From NCBI GenBank assembly GCA_049840615.1, contig JASGKM010000007.1, positions 31,849-95,848 of the forward strand: a DNA stretch of 64,000 nt, given 5' to 3'. How positions within the stretch are numbered: the first letter of the stretch is position 1; each line of letters starts with the position of its first letter. This document shows positions 53,063 through 64,000 of this stretch, piece after piece. Source of the stretch: Pseudomonas sp. (GTDB lineage: Bacteria; Pseudomonadota; Gammaproteobacteria; Pseudomonadales; Pseudomonadaceae). Below the pieces are notes generated by a model that worked only from the letters and a program-made list of their open reading frames with translations, was not told the DNA's origin and searched no databases. Position numbers and translations under genes: made by a program.

Positions 53063-54508
53063 ATGCAATGGGAAACCGTGATCGGGCTGGAAATCCACGC
53101 ACAGCTCTCCACCCAATCGAAGATCTTCTCCGGTAGCGCCACCACCTTCGGTGCTGCCCCGAACACCCAGGCCAGCCTGGTCGACCTGGCCATGCCCGGC
53201 ACCCTGCCGGTGCTGAACCAGGAGGCCGTGCGCATGGCCTGCCAGTTCGGCCTGGCGATCAACGCCGAGATCGCCGAGCGCAACGTGTTCGCGCGCAAGA
53301 ACTACTTCTACCCGGACCTGCCCAAGGGCTACCAGACCAGCCAGATGGACCACCCCATCGTCGGCAAGGGCTTTCTTGACATCACCCTGGAAGACGGCAC
53401 CGTCAAGCGCGTGGGCATCACCCGTGCGCACCTGGAAGAGGACGCCGGCAAGAGCCTGCACGAAGACTTCCACGGCATGAGCGGCATCGACCTGAACCGC
53501 GCCGGCACTCCGCTGCTGGAGATCGTCTCCGAGCCGGATATCCGCAGCGCCAAGGAAGCCGTGGCCTACGTCAAGGCGATCCACGCGATGGTGCGCTACC
53601 TGGGCATCTGCGACGGCAACATGGCCGAAGGCTCGCTGCGCTGCGACTGCAACGTCTCGGTAAGGCCGAAGGGCCAGGCCGAGTTCGGCACCCGCGCCGA
53701 GATCAAGAACGTGAACTCCTTCCGCTTCATCGAGAAGGCGATCAACCACGAAGTGCAGCGCCAGATCGAGCTGATCGAGGACGGTGGCAAAGTCGTGCAG
53801 GAAACCCGCCTGTACGACCCGAACAAGGACGAAACGCGCTCCATGCGCAGCAAGGAAGAAGCCAACGACTACCGCTACTTCCCCTGCCCGGACCTGCTGC
53901 CGGTGGTGATCGAACGCGCCTTCCTCGAAGAACTGCGCGGCCAGTTGCCGGAGCTGCCGGACCAGAAGCGCGAACGCTTCGAGAGCCAGTACGGCCTGTC
54001 TGCCTACGACGCCAGCGTGCTGTCCGCCAGCCGCGAGATGGCCGACTACTTCGAACAGGTCCAGGCCATCTGTGGCGACGCCAAGCTGGCCGCCAACTGG
54101 GTGATGGGCGAGCTTTCCAGCCTGCTCAACAAGGACGGCCTGGAAATCGAGCAATCGCCGGTATCCGCCCAGCACCTGGGCGAGATGATCCTGCGCCTGA
54201 AGGACGGCACCATCAACGGCAAGGCGGCGAAGACTGTGTTCGCTGCCCTGGCCGAGGGTGAAGGCTCTCCGGACGAGATCATCAAGGCCAAGGACCTGGT
54301 GCAGAACACCGACAGTGGCGCCGTCGAGAAGCTGCTGGACGACGTGCTGGCGGCCAACGCCGAGCAGGTCGAACAGTACCGCGCCAGCGACGAAGCCAAG
54401 CGCGGCAAGATGTTCGGCTTCTTCGTCGGCCAGGCCATGAAGGCGGCCAAGGGCAAGGCCAACCCGGCGCAAGTGAACGAACTGCTGAAGAAGAAGCTCG
54501 AAGGCTGA
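53063..54508 (+). CDS. gatB: Asp/Glu-tRNA amidotransferase subunit B
   Basis: 481 aa ([15 protein letters not shown]). Confidence 0.96.
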   Translation: MQWETVIGLEIHAQLSTQSKIFSGSATTFGAAPNTQASLVDLAMPGTLPVLNQEAVRMACQFGLAINAEIAERNVFARKNYFYPDLPKGYQTSQMDHPIVGKGFLDITLEDGTVKRVGITRAHLEEDAGKSLHEDFHGMSGIDLNRAGTPLLEIVSEPDIRSAKEAVAYVKAIHAMVRYLGICDGNMAEGSLRCDCNVSVRPKGQAEFGTRAEIKNVNSFRFIEKAINHEVQRQIELIEDGGKVVQETRLYDPNKDETRSMRSKEEANDYRYFPCPDLLPVVIERAFLEELRGQLPELPDQKRERFESQYGLSAYDASVLSASREMADYFEQVQAICGDAKLAANWVMGELSSLLNKDGLEIEQSPVSAQHLGEMILRLKDGTINGKAAKTVFAALAEGEGSPDEIIKAKDLVQNTDSGAVEKLLDDVLAANAEQVEQYRASDEAKRGKMFGFFVGQAMKAAKGKANPAQVNELLKKKLEG

Positions 54509-54524
54509 GCCCACACTTCAACGA

Positions 54525-54549
54525 CGCCGGGCTTGCCCGGCGTTTTCTT
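54525..54549 (+). terminator. Rho-independent terminator after gatB
   Basis: cgccgggc-ttg-cccggcg followed by ttttcttg. Confidence 0.7.
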
Positions 54550-54562
54550 GTCCGGAGGATCG

Positions 54563-54946
54563 ATGCTGCGACCCATGGCCCTCGTCGGCTGCCTGGCCTT
54601 GCTGGCCGGCTGTAGCACCACATCGTACGACAGCGACTCGGAAGTCTCCGGCCGCGGCTACCGCGCCGAGGGCACCGCGTCCTATTACGGCAAGGCCCAC
54701 CATGGCAAGCGCACCGCCAGCGGCGAGCGCTTCAACCAGAACGCCCTGACCGCCGCCCACCGCACCCTGGCCTTCGGCACACGGGTACGGGTAACCAATC
54801 TCGACAATGGCCGCAGTGTCGTGGTGCGCATCAACGACCGCGGGCCATTTGGTCGTGGACGCATCATCGATGTCTCGAAGGCCGCTGCCGAACAACTCAA
54901 CATGCTGCGCTCCGGTACTGCCCGGGTGCGTCTGGAAGGTCTCTGA
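54563..54946 (+). CDS. RlpA-like (DPBB domain) lipoprotein
   Basis: ORF trimmed to ATG at 54563, preceded by a GGAGG RBS. 127 aa. Lipobox LLAGCS. DPBB motifs ([25 protein letters not shown]). Confidence 0.85.
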   Translation: MLRPMALVGCLALLAGCSTTSYDSDSEVSGRGYRAEGTASYYGKAHHGKRTASGERFNQNALTAAHRTLAFGTRVRVTNLDNGRSVVVRINDRGPFGRGRIIDVSKAAAEQLNMLRSGTARVRLEGL

Positions 54947-54957
54947 AGGAGTCAGAA

Positions 54958-55347
54958 GTGAGCAACGATAACCGCAAGGCCGGCGAACAGGTTCGTCGCG
55001 AAGTGATGGGCGACGTCTTCGTCGACCGCGCGCTGGGCAACGCCACCGAGTTCACCCAGCCGCTGCAGGACTTCGTCAACGAGCACGCCTGGGGCGGCGT
55101 GTGGAACCGCGAAGGCCTGCCGCTCAAGACCCGCAGCCTGATCACCCTGGCGGCGCTGACTGCCCTCAAGTGTCCACAGGAGCTCAAAGGCCACGTGCGC
55201 GGCGCCCTGAACAACGGCTGCAGCGTGGAAGAGATTCGCGAAGCACTGCTGCACTGCGCGGTCTACGCCGGCGTCCCGGCGGCCATCGACGCCTTCCGCG
55301 CGGCGCAGGAAGTGATCGACGCGTGGCAGGCTGATCAGAACGCCTGA
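54958..55347 (+). CDS. carboxymuconolactone decarboxylase family protein
   Basis: 129 aa with a GTG start. CMD/AhpD-like helices (TRSLITLAALTAL, HCAVYAGVPAA). Confidence 0.82.
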   Translation: MSNDNRKAGEQVRREVMGDVFVDRALGNATEFTQPLQDFVNEHAWGGVWNREGLPLKTRSLITLAALTALKCPQELKGHVRGALNNGCSVEEIREALLHCAVYAGVPAAIDAFRAAQEVIDAWQADQNA

Positions 55348-55353
55348 AACTAG

Positions 55354-55375
55354 AAAGCGCCAATTGGCGCTTTTC
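55354..55375 (+). terminator. Rho-independent terminator
   Basis: aagcgcc-aatt-ggcgctt followed by ttcg. Confidence 0.65.
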
Positions 55376-55433
55376 GCGGGCATGGCCCGCTCCTACAGGA
55401 TGAGGTTCGTGTAGGAGCGGGCCATGCCCGCGA
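55374..55433. repeat. REP-type perfect 24-bp inverted repeat (tcgcgggcatggcccgctcctaca / tgtaggagcgggccatgcccgcga)
   Basis: 55374-55397 is the exact reverse complement of 55410-55433, with a 12-nt spacer. It shares the GTAGGAGCG core with the repeat at 4037-4112. Confidence 0.75.
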
Positions 55434-55462
55434 TCCGTCGGCAAAGCCGACGAAATGGAACC

Positions 55463-56287
55463 TCACGGATAACTGAACCGTTTGACCAGTGTCAGCTCAC
55501 CCGGCTGGCGCATCGGAATCAGGAAGGACTCCTGTTTCTCGTTCACCGTCCCCTCCTCCGTGACGATGGTCACCTGCGCCGTGGTCAGCGGCTTGGCCGC
55601 ATTCACGTCGCCGGAGCTTTCGTCCGAACTCCAGCCGCCACCGTAGTAGTTCACGTAGACCAGGTACTGCCCCTTGAGCGGAGTCGGGCTGGCGATGATT
55701 TCCGGACCGTAGCCGGTGGTTACGTCGACGTCCTGGGCCGCGCCGTTGGGCAGCGAACGATTGCCGTACCAGACGTGCCCGCCGTCGGGCGTCACCAGGT
55801 GCAGGTCGAGGTCGGTGTTGTCCGAGTCCCAGGACAACATGACCCGCAGCTTGGCCGCCACCTCGCCGCCACCGCCGCCGTGGTAGAACTGCACGCGCTT
55901 GCGCTGCTGGCCGTCCGGGCTGACGACTTCGACGCTGTTGGAGCCCGCCGGGAAGGCGAACGGCCGGTCGAACCGGCCGTCACTTTCGACCCTCATTGGC
56001 ATGGCCACGCCGTTGACCACCAGGCGCGCCGGTTCCTTGCTGTCCTTGGGCAGCCCACGGATTTCGCCACGGATGCGCGCGGTGTCGGACTGGTCCTCCC
56101 GTGAGTTCACCGAGGACGCCGGGTAGTTCACCGTCTGCCGGAAGTCAGCCTTGTCGCCGTCGCCCGAGCGCCAGCCGCCCAGTGGAGTATCCAGGCTGAT
56201 CGGCGATTCGGCGGCCTGCGCGCCCAGCGGGATCAGGCTGGCGAGCAGGGACAGGCGGAGCACGTGGGCGAGTTTCATGCTGATCAT
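55463..56287 (-). CDS. magF: YfaP-like protein (DUF2135), last gene of the alpha-2-macroglobulin operon
   Basis: 274 aa with a signal peptide. ATGA overlap with the upstream gene. Operon position matches P. aeruginosa PA4487 and E. coli yfaP. Confidence 0.8.
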   Translation of the reverse strand: MISMKLAHVLRLSLLASLIPLGAQAAESPISLDTPLGGWRSGDGDKADFRQTVNYPASSVNSREDQSDTARIRGEIRGLPKDSKEPARLVVNGVAMPMRVESDGRFDRPFAFPAGSNSVEVVSPDGQQRKRVQFYHGGGGGEVAAKLRVMLSWDSDNTDLDLHLVTPDGGHVWYGNRSLPNGAAQDVDVTTGYGPEIIASPTPLKGQYLVYVNYYGGGWSSDESSGDVNAAKPLTTAQVTIVTEEGTVNEKQESFLIPMRQPGELTLVKRFSYP

Positions 56288-57927
56288 TCCAGTATCAGGC
56301 GACGGGCCAGGCTTTCCACGTAGCCCTCGTCTTGTCCATTGGGGTGCGCCTGGAAGGCCAGGTGCAGGTATTCATGAGCGAGGTCGAGGCGATCCTGCTG
56401 GGAGTACAGACCGCGCACGTAGATGCGCTGGCGTTCGCGGTCGACGTAGGGTCGGCCGCTGCTCAGGCGGCATACGGCAAAGGACTGCAGTTCCTCATAA
56501 CCTGCCTCGGCTTCCAGGCGCGGACGCCAGTCCCGCCGTTGTGCCTTCAGCCAACGCTCCGCCTCCGGAAGCGGCTGACAGGCGGCGATCGGATTGCTCC
56601 AGCGGCTGAGGCTGGTGCGCGGGAAAGCGCGGGCGAGGATTGCGTCATAACGCAACCCCTTGGCAGCCTGCTCCTGGGCGTCGCGCCAGGACAGCTTCGA
56701 TTGCCCCGCTTCGTCCGAGTGATAGGTGACAGTGCCACCGGCCAGCACCAGGTCGGCAGTCCAGGCGGCGATACCACGAGCCGCCTCGCTGGCCGGGCGA
56801 GGTGCCACACGCTGGCGCTGACTGCTGTCGTCGATGCTCAGGCAGTCGCCGCGCGGCGCTCCGTTCTGCAACAGATAGGTACGGATGGTCACCGCCAGCG
56901 CCTTGGCCGCCTCCGCCGGCACGGCGGACGCCTCGCGATCCAGCACGCGGGCGACGTATTCCTCGCGGGACAGGCGAGCAGTCAGACGCAGCCCCTGCGC
57001 ATCGCGCTCCAGGAACAGATCGCCACTGCTATTCACATCCAGCCGAACGCCATTGGCGAACAACACGTTCTGCCGGCCTGCCAGCAAGCCTTCGGCTGCG
57101 GGCTGATTGCGAGCGTCATAGACCTCTTTCAGCGGGTAGCGGCTGAACAGCCCGACCTCGACGCAACGACCCGGATCGATTGGCCACGGGGCCGGCAGTG
57201 CAGCACCGATGGCGTTGCCGTACTTCGCCAGGACTGTCTTGCTGGTGCCTGGCCCGCGCGCCCAGAGCGGCGTGCCATCGACCAGCCATCCGGCGAAGCC
57301 ACCTTCACGCTGGCCATTCTCGTCCCAGCTCCAGGTCTTCACTCGCAGGCGTCCGCCCAGTACAGCCGGTGTACGGCCTTCATCGGCGGCAAGACTGACG
57401 TCCAGCAGCACCTTGCGCGCCTGCTCCTGGGCCGGCAGGTGCTGCAATTGATCGAGCAGTTCGGCGACCGGCACCTCGGTTTGTGGTGCCAGCTTGTCCA
57501 GCCGGGCGACCCAGGCCGGCGCATGGCGCGCCTGCCAGTATTGGCTCCAGACGGCGCCGTCGATGCCCAGGCGCTGGGGCTGGAAGTACAGGCCGCAAGA
57601 CCTCACCAGAGCGGCGTCGCGCTCGATGCTCTGCCCCGCAATGCAGCAATAGACTTCTTCCTTGCTCTCGCCACGACACTGGTAGGCCGGCTCCTGCTGG
57701 CCGGTATCGTTGAGCCAGGCATAAACGAACAGTTTCCACAGGCTGCCCAGCGGAGCGTGCAGGTCGGCCGGCAACGGCTGGCGATCTAGCACCTGCTGCG
57801 GCCCGAGCCGCAGCAGTTCGTCGCCCTGCGTCGTGCGCCAGGCCAACTGCGCCTGCTCTTGCGGGCCGGGCGCCGCGAGGGCGCTCAGCGGCAACAGCAG
57901 GATCAGCCCGGCCAGGCGCGCGCGCAT
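56284..57927 (-). CDS. magE: YfaQ-like protein (DUF2300)
   Basis: 547 aa with a signal peptide (LLLPLSALAAP). Lies immediately downstream of the A2M gene. Confidence 0.8.
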   Translation of the reverse strand: MRARLAGLILLLPLSALAAPGPQEQAQLAWRTTQGDELLRLGPQQVLDRQPLPADLHAPLGSLWKLFVYAWLNDTGQQEPAYQCRGESKEEVYCCIAGQSIERDAALVRSCGLYFQPQRLGIDGAVWSQYWQARHAPAWVARLDKLAPQTEVPVAELLDQLQHLPAQEQARKVLLDVSLAADEGRTPAVLGGRLRVKTWSWDENGQREGGFAGWLVDGTPLWARGPGTSKTVLAKYGNAIGAALPAPWPIDPGRCVEVGLFSRYPLKEVYDARNQPAAEGLLAGRQNVLFANGVRLDVNSSGDLFLERDAQGLRLTARLSREEYVARVLDREASAVPAEAAKALAVTIRTYLLQNGAPRGDCLSIDDSSQRQRVAPRPASEAARGIAAWTADLVLAGGTVTYHSDEAGQSKLSWRDAQEQAAKGLRYDAILARAFPRTSLSRWSNPIAACQPLPEAERWLKAQRRDWRPRLEAEAGYEELQSFAVCRLSSGRPYVDRERQRIYVRGLYSQQDRLDLAHEYLHLAFQAHPNGQDEGYVESLARRLILE

Positions 57928-57930
57928 GGG

Positions 57931-60900
57931 TTACTGGACCTTGATCTTCGTCAGGGCGGGCTGCTGCTCCAGCGCCTGCTCCTGCGGTGCATAAAGCCGC
58001 TGGTAGCGCGCCGGCGGCAGGACGAATTCGCCCTTCTGCGAGAAGCGGACCAGATGGCGGAAGCGCAGCTCGCCGCCCAGGGTGTCCACCGGCACGCCGT
58101 AGAACAGGTCACCCGGCTCGTTGCGTGCGCGCTCCAGACTGGTCGCCTCGACGCCGCCCAGGCCGCTGATCTGCAGGCCCCAGGTAGTACGCTCGACGTC
58201 CGCGCCCCGGCGGCAGCGGTACTTCCAGCATGCCGTAACGCAGAGCCTGCGCCTGCTCGGTGGTCAGGGTCACTTCGTCCAGGTACAGCTCGTCGCTGGA
58301 CAGCGGCTTGTCGCCCAGTGGCTCGGCGCTGAAGGCAAAAGCATCTTCGCCCGGAACCAACGCAGCAGGCGGCGCTTGATGGTCACCGGCAGCTGGCTGG
58401 CCGGCGCTTCGGCGCTGCGGAAGGTCACAGAAGCATTGAGTGGGCGCGAAGGCGCAGCACTCAGGTCCAGCTGCGCCGGCACTGCCTTGCCCTGCCATTG
58501 CCAGAAGGCATCGCCGGTGGTGCTGCGGGCTCTCCTTCCAATCCGCGATCGGCTTGGGCAGCTCGGCAGCCGGAGCATCAGCCACAGCGCGCTGCATCCA
58601 GGTCAACGCCAGGGCACGCTCGACGGTGGACTGCTGCGGCGCCAGGCTCTGCAACAGTGTGCGAGCGCGGCTGGCGTCGACGGTGCCGCTATAGAGCTGC
58701 ACGGCGCGGGCAAACGGCTGGTCGCTGGTGTTCAGCTTCAGGCGTGCGCTATCCAGTTGCTTGGCGAAGCCTTGCGGCAGCGCAACCTTGTTCTGCTCGG
58801 CCAGGCTGGCCGTCAGAACACGGGCTACTGCCAGGCCCAGTTCGGAATCCGGTTGGCCCATGACCAGGCTGTCGGTGCTGTCGAAATCGTTCACCGACTT
58901 CGCCGCCTCGCCATTGCCGGCGTTCTCCAGGTCGGTGAGCAGGCCGCTGACCAGGGTCTGCACCGGCAACTTCATGTCACGGGCGAAGGCCAGGATCAGT
59001 GCGCGCTGCAGCAACGGCGTGGCGCTGGCGCGCGCGGAGTAAAGTTCCAGCACGCGCTGCCAGTGCTCCGGCGGCAGCTGGATCTCCAGTGCGCGGCTGG
59101 CATGCCAGTCGGCGTAGTAGGCGTAAGCGGTGAGGAAGGCGTCGTTGTCTTCGCCGCCCCACCAGGTGAAGTAGGCATCCGGGCCGGCCATCTGCACCAG
59201 GCGCAGGCGACTGGTCTGCATGATCAGGCGCAGGCGGTCGCGCACGCGCGGCTCGCCGTTGGCCAGCATCGGGTAGGCGACGCTCAGCGGCAGCAGCTGG
59301 CTGGCGGTCTGCTCTACACCACCCCAGGGGTAGTCGAGCAGCGAGTCGAGGTTACCGCGCAGCAGGGCCTGGGCGCTGTCATCCAGGCGCAGGCTGACGT
59401 CGCGGGCATCCGCCGGCAACTGCAGCGGAGTGTTCTGCGCGTTGACCTGCAACGGTCTGGACTGCAGCACCTGCCAGCTATCGGCGACCAGGCTGAAGTG
59501 CACGCCAAGGCTGTCGCGTACCTGACCGTCCTGGCGCAGCTCCACGTTCCAGTCGCCATCGCTGAGCGGCTGTTGCGGCAGGGCGATGTAGTTGACGCCA
59601 CGCTTGAGCTCCAGCGCCTGGGTCTTTTCCCCACCGTTGGCGCGGATCAGCAGCTCGGCCTTGGCGTCCTGCTCGCCCTGGTTGAAGACGAACAGGCCGA
59701 GGTCGGGCGCGTCGCCGCTGCGGAAGCGCTTCGGGCCGCTCCACTTCAGGTACAGCGGCTTCTCGGAGCGGATGAACTGCTTCTTCTGGCCGACCTGCCC
59801 TTCGTCATTCATGGCGCGGGCGGTGATGCGCCAGCGGGTCAGGGAATCAGGCATGCGGAATTTGAACTGGGCCTTGCCATTGGCATCGGTGACCAGCTCC
59901 GGCTCCCAGGCGGCGGTGTCGACTTCCTCGCGGCGCGGACGTTCCAGCACTTTCACGCCACGCTCACTGCGGTTGGCGCGACCGGGTGCGCTGGGCGTGC
60001 CGGGCAATGCCACGTCGTAGCTGATGAATGCGAGGCTCGCACTGGTACGCACGTTGTTGCGACGCGGGTGGTAGAAGAACTGGTCGATGCCCGGGGCGAT
60101 CTCCGGCTGCAGCGCGTAGATCATCTCGTCCACCACGCTGACGGTGAGGTGGCTGGAAACGGGCTTGCCGGCATAGGCGGTGTCGAGGTTGACGGTGACC
60201 GTCTCGCCCGGCTCGTAGCGTTCCTTGTCGGTACTGACAGCGATCTCCACCTGCGGCACGGCGACCTTGATGCCGGCGTTCTGGAAACTGTAGTCGCCGC
60301 TGCGGGTGTAGAGCACGGAGAAGGTCAGGTTCGGCGAGAACTCCGGCTTCACCGGGATGCGCGCGCGGTACTGGGTCGGATTGAGCTTCTCCAGCTTCAA
60401 CCAGTCGCCGCCCTTGGACAGCAGCGCGGTGGCCTCGACCTTGTCGCGCTCCAGCGACAGCAGAGCATCGTCCACCGGTTCGGGGAAGGTGATCAGCGCC
60501 AGGGCTTCCTCGCCGGCCTGGTACTCGGCCTTGTCGAGGACAATTTCCACGGTACCCGGCACGGCCTTCACGCCATCGCCGCTGACCGAGTGGCCGGTGC
60601 CACCCAGCAGTTGTCCGGCCTTGTCGCGCAGTTCGACGCTGTAGGTGCCGGGCTTGTCGAAGGTGATGGCGAACTTGCCGTCAGCCACTGCACCGTCGCC
60701 GCTGCTGCGGTCTTCCAGGCGCAGCCAGCGATAGGCGGTGGGTTGGATCTGCGTCTGCTGCTCGGCGGCGTAGCTGAAATCGACCTTGTCGCCGGCGGCG
60801 CTGAAGCGCTGCGGCGCGCTCACGCGGTAGCGCGCGGCACCGCGCTCGATGAGGATTTCCTTGCTGGTCTTCACGCGGTACGCGGCGCCATCACTGGCGA

Positions 60901-62485
60901 ACACAGTGAGCATGTAGCGGCTGGGTTTCTCCGCCGCCGGCAGGTCCAGCGCGGCGCGGCCCTGATCGTCGGTGGTGATCTGCGCACTGGAAAGCTCCAC
61001 CGGGAACTGGCCGAGGTACTGCAGTTCGTTGTCCACCATGGACAGCTGCTGGGCGCGCAGGCTCAGTTCCAGGCGGGCGTTGGCCACCGGCTTGCCGTCC
61101 GGGTAGAGCAGGATCAGGTTGCCTTTCACCGGCTCGCCGGTCTTGAAGTCCGGCTTGGCGAGATCGAGGGAAATTTCGAAGTGCGGCTTGATGTACTCGG
61201 CAACGCGGAAGGCGCTGCTGTAGGTCTGGTCGCGGTAGTCGAAGCGCAACTCGTAGCCGCCGGCAACGGCGTTGGCCGGCAGCTGGAAGCGGCCGCTGGT
61301 GCCGCTCTTGGCGTCGTACTTGAGGTCCAGGGTCTGCAGCGTGGTGCCCGCGGCGTCGATCACCGACAGGCGCAGCGGCGCGCTCTGCGGCGACTGCGAT
61401 TCGCGGGAGTTCTTGAATTCGCGGCCGACAATTTTCAGCGCCACCCAGTCACCGGGACGGTACAGCGGGCGGTCGGTGAAGGCGTAGAGCTTGGTGTCGT
61501 AGATTTCGCTGTCGTAATAGAAGTTCTCGGAGACGAAGACGCCGCCCTCCTCGTCCTCGCCGATCACGAAGGAGCGCTCGGGGCTGACGTGCTGCAGGCG
61601 CAGCAGGCCATCGGCATCACTGCTGCCGCTGCTCATCACGCCCAGACCGTCGGTCCACAGCACCTTGGCGCCGCTCACCGGCGTGCCTTCATGCTTGCGC
61701 GCCGTCCAGACCAGCAGCTCGTTGCCGGCGATCTTGCTCACCGCGACACTGTTGGAGACGAACACCACGGTGGTCGCGCGGTACTTGCCGACCAGCGCTT
61801 CGACCAGGTACAGGCCGGGCTTCAGCTTGCCCAGCGGCACGTAGACATTGCCCGGTGCAACATTGATGAATTCGCTGGACGAACCGGCGAGGCTGACTTC
61901 CTTCGGCGGCTGGATCGGCTTGGCGTCCCACAGCGGGTAGCGGAACTGGCTGACCATCGGCAGGCCGGGAATCGGCGCATACTGCGGCTGCGGGTCATAC
62001 GGCGTGGGCGCGCGCATGGCGTTGCCCATCTTCAGCTCGGGCAGCACTTCGGTGACCTGCTGACGTGATTCGTAGGAGAAGGTCCGCTGCATCACCCGAC
62101 GCGACTTGCGGTACCAGTTGTCCCACAGGTAGGCCAGGGTATTGGACAGGCCCTCGCCCTTGAACTGCCCTTCGGACAGCACCCGGTGCAGGTTCTTCTG
62201 GCGCTTGAGGAAGTCCAGCGGCTGGTCGATGCGGTAGACGCGGATGTCCGCGCCGCCGTAGGGCTCCATGCGGTAGCGACGGTAGTCGCGACCCGGCGCC
62301 TCCAGGCGCACCTGGGCCACTTCATCGGACGCGAAGCTGCTGTCTGCAAGCAGGAAGAACGACTCGCCGGCCATGGGCGCGTAGTTGCTGGCCGGCACGT
62401 CATCGTCCGCCTGCACGATCGCGGGCGCAGCGGCGAACAGGCCGGCGCAAGCCAGGGCAGCGGCGAGGCCGCGCAGCGCATTCAT
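57931..62485 (-). pseudogene. magD: bacterial alpha-2-macroglobulin (MagD/YfaS type), 3' end disrupted as sequenced (three frameshifts)
   Basis: ATG at 62485 ([26 protein letters not shown]) overlaps the magC stop. About 1300 codons are intact. The frame then changes near 58529-58534 (+1), 58359-58360 (-1, TTT>TT) and 58205-58208 (+1, GGG>GGGG). The conserved tail ...[22 protein letters not shown]...ALTKIKVQ ends at TAA 57931. Total 4555 nt. Confidence 0.85.
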
Positions 62486-63126
62486 CGGGTCAGGAAGGAC
62501 AAGCGATAGACGCCGATAAAGTTGGGATTGGATTCGTCGGGTATCCATCGGGTGTCCTTCCATGTCATGAGTTGTTGCAGGCTGACCGAGCGCATGCCGT
62601 TGTCGGTCGCCGTACGAGTGCCGGTGTGATAAGCGATGTCGCGGCCCATCCAGATCATCAGATGCTGGTCATCGCCCTGGTCGAAGAACATCAGGTCGCC
62701 GGGGCGCGCCTGGTTGAGGTCGCGGCCAACGAGCTGGCTGTTGTATTGAATGAGTTTGATCGCGTTGACGTAGGGGCCGGTCTTGCCGCCGCCCTGCTGC
62801 CAGGTCTGCGCGAGATTGCGCTGCGCATCGGACAGTTCCAGTTCCGGCGGCAGGTAGCGATTGGACATGCCGTTGGCGCGCAGCCACTTGGCGTCGTGCA
62901 CCTTCAGAGCCTCATTGGCGGCGAAGCGCACCAGCCCCGCACAGTCCTGCTGGTACCAGCGCGGGTTCGGTCCCCGGCGCAGCTGCTCCTCGGCGATACG
63001 CACGAACCAGGCGCGGAACACCTGGGTCTGCTGCGCATCCAGTGCTGGCTCCGCCGCTTGCGCCAGCGTGGCGACAAGCAGACCGGCCAGCAGCATGAAG
63101 GGCTTGCGGATCACAGCGCCTTCCAT
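62482..63126 (-). CDS. magC: YfaT-like protein (DUF1175; NlpC/P60-like MagC)
   Basis: ORF trimmed to ATG at 63126 (an alternative GTG at 63114 overlaps the magB stop). About 214 aa with a signal peptide. TGA overlaps the magD ATG. Confidence 0.8.
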   Translation of the reverse strand: MEGAVIRKPFMLLAGLLVATLAQAAEPALDAQQTQVFRAWFVRIAEEQLRRGPNPRWYQQDCAGLVRFAANEALKVHDAKWLRANGMSNRYLPPELELSDAQRNLAQTWQQGGGKTGPYVNAIKLIQYNSQLVGRDLNQARPGDLMFFDQGDDQHLMIWMGRDIAYHTGTRTATDNGMRSVSLQQLMTWKDTRWIPDESNPNFIGVYRLSFLTR

Positions 63127-64000
63127 TCCAGCGGCAGCCACTCCCACTCGCCTCCGGGCTCGCTGCCGGCCGGCAGAGTCAGGGCGTAGGAGCCGTTGCC
63201 GGCGAGGGTCTTCAGGCGCGGCAGGAGCAGCGTATCGGCGGCGTTGCGGAACACCGGCTCGATGTCCTGCGGCAGGCTGTCGAGGGTTTCGCGCTTGAGC
63301 AGTTCGGACAGCGTCTTCGGTGCCAGATACGCGGGCACCAGAGCATCCTTGGGCAGCACGTCGGCCAGCGGCGGGTAGCGCTTGGCCAGGGTGTTGCGGG
63401 CCTTGTCGAGCAGCTTGTCGTCGATGGAGAACAACAGGGTGTTGCCATCGCGCAGCAGGCTCACGCGGAAGAAGCCGTTGCCGCTGACCTGGTCGGGATT
63501 TTCCGCCTCGCTGGCCGGATACTGACCGAAGCGCGAGCTGACCTGGCGTTGCCACAGACGGCCTTCGCCCTCGGCGCGACTTTCAACCTCGAAGGCGCCG
63601 GCCTCCACGTTGGCCTCGTAGGCGCCGATCATGCTGCCGAAGAGCTTGCCCAGTTGTTCGTCCAGTTCGGGGCTGGCGGGCGCGTCGAGTTTCACCGCGA
63701 GTAACGGCGAGTGCAGACGCGAATCCGGGTACCAGCACAGGCCGGCGGCACCGGAAAGATGCTCGGAGAACGCGGCTGCCATCTTCTGCTCGGCGCCCAG
63801 CTTCACCAGCATGTTGTCGTACAGGCCCGGCGTGACCGGCAGCGCAACGCACGCACTGGCGCCCATGGGCATGGCCTGCCAGACCGGAGTGAAGTCCAGG
63901 TCCGGCTGGCGGGCGACTTCGTTGAGTGCGAGGTAACTGTGCCAACCGTCCTTGCCCTGCTCGAAGCGCACGCCGGCAAAGGTTGGAATGAAGCGCTGGT
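63111..64000 (-). CDS. magB: YfaA-like protein (DUF2138), 5' end beyond window
   Basis: The frame is open to the window edge (no stop upstream of 63971). C-terminus ...[14 protein letters not shown]. Lies upstream of magC, as in the mag/yfa operons. Confidence 0.75.
   Translation of the reverse strand, partial: QRFIPTFAGVRFEQGKDGWHSYLALNEVARQPDLDFTPVWQAMPMGASACVALPVTPGLYDNMLVKLGAEQKMAAAFSEHLSGAAGLCWYPDSRLHSPLLAVKLDAPASPELDEQLGKLFGSMIGAYEANVEAGAFEVESRAEGEGRLWQRQVSSRFGQYPASEAENPDQVSGNGFFRVSLLRDGNTLLFSIDDKLLDKARNTLAKRYPPLADVLPKDALVPAYLAPKTLSELLKRETLDSLPQDIEPVFRNAADTLLLPRLKTLAGNGSYALTLPAGSEPGGEWEWLPLEWKAL

Overview
High-GC (about 65%) Pseudomonas chromosomal core region. From memory, gene order matches P. 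aeruginosa PAO1 roughly PA4431-PA4491. I support about 60 protein genes.

Gene content, left to right:
- aldo/keto reductase, acyl-CoA dehydrogenase with a divergent AraC/GlxA regulator, and an exported hypothetical protein
- zapE, trpS, a hydrolase and yhcB
- a 4.2-kb FecI/FecR/TonB-receptor iron-signalling module, the only obvious accessory insertion
- cysNC-cysD, mltB, ybgI and algW
- hisC-hisD-hisG-murA-ibaG and mlaFEDCB
- kdsD-kdsC-lptC-lptA-lptB-rpoN-hpf-ptsN-rapZ-ptsO
- a ZIP transporter and the Fur-controlled fagA-fumC-orfX-sodA operon
- pmbA, yjgA, tldD, a C-N hydrolase and yhdP
- rng-maf-mreDCB, gatCAB, an RlpA-like lipoprotein and a CMD-family protein
- the alpha-2-macroglobulin operon (magB partial, then magC, magD, magE, magF)

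I saw no rRNA, tRNA, CRISPR array, transposase, integrase or phage genes. I did not find a convincing new multi-gene system.

The most unusual signal is two tight patches of gene-disabling lesions in otherwise perfectly conserved genes:
- 47.2-50.2 kb: rng, maf, mreC, mreB and possibly mreD
- 58.2-58.5 kb: the 3' end of magD

These patches are either local sequence error or very recent inactivation.

Other points of note:
- near-identical 35-bp terminator hairpins bracket the iron-uptake module
- a sigma-54 -24/-12-like site sits on top of a perfect TATAAT just upstream of rpoN
- two Fur-box candidates
- two REP-type long inverted repeats
- a C-terminal extension on TrpS

All family assignments come from reading the translated ORFs. 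No database search was run.
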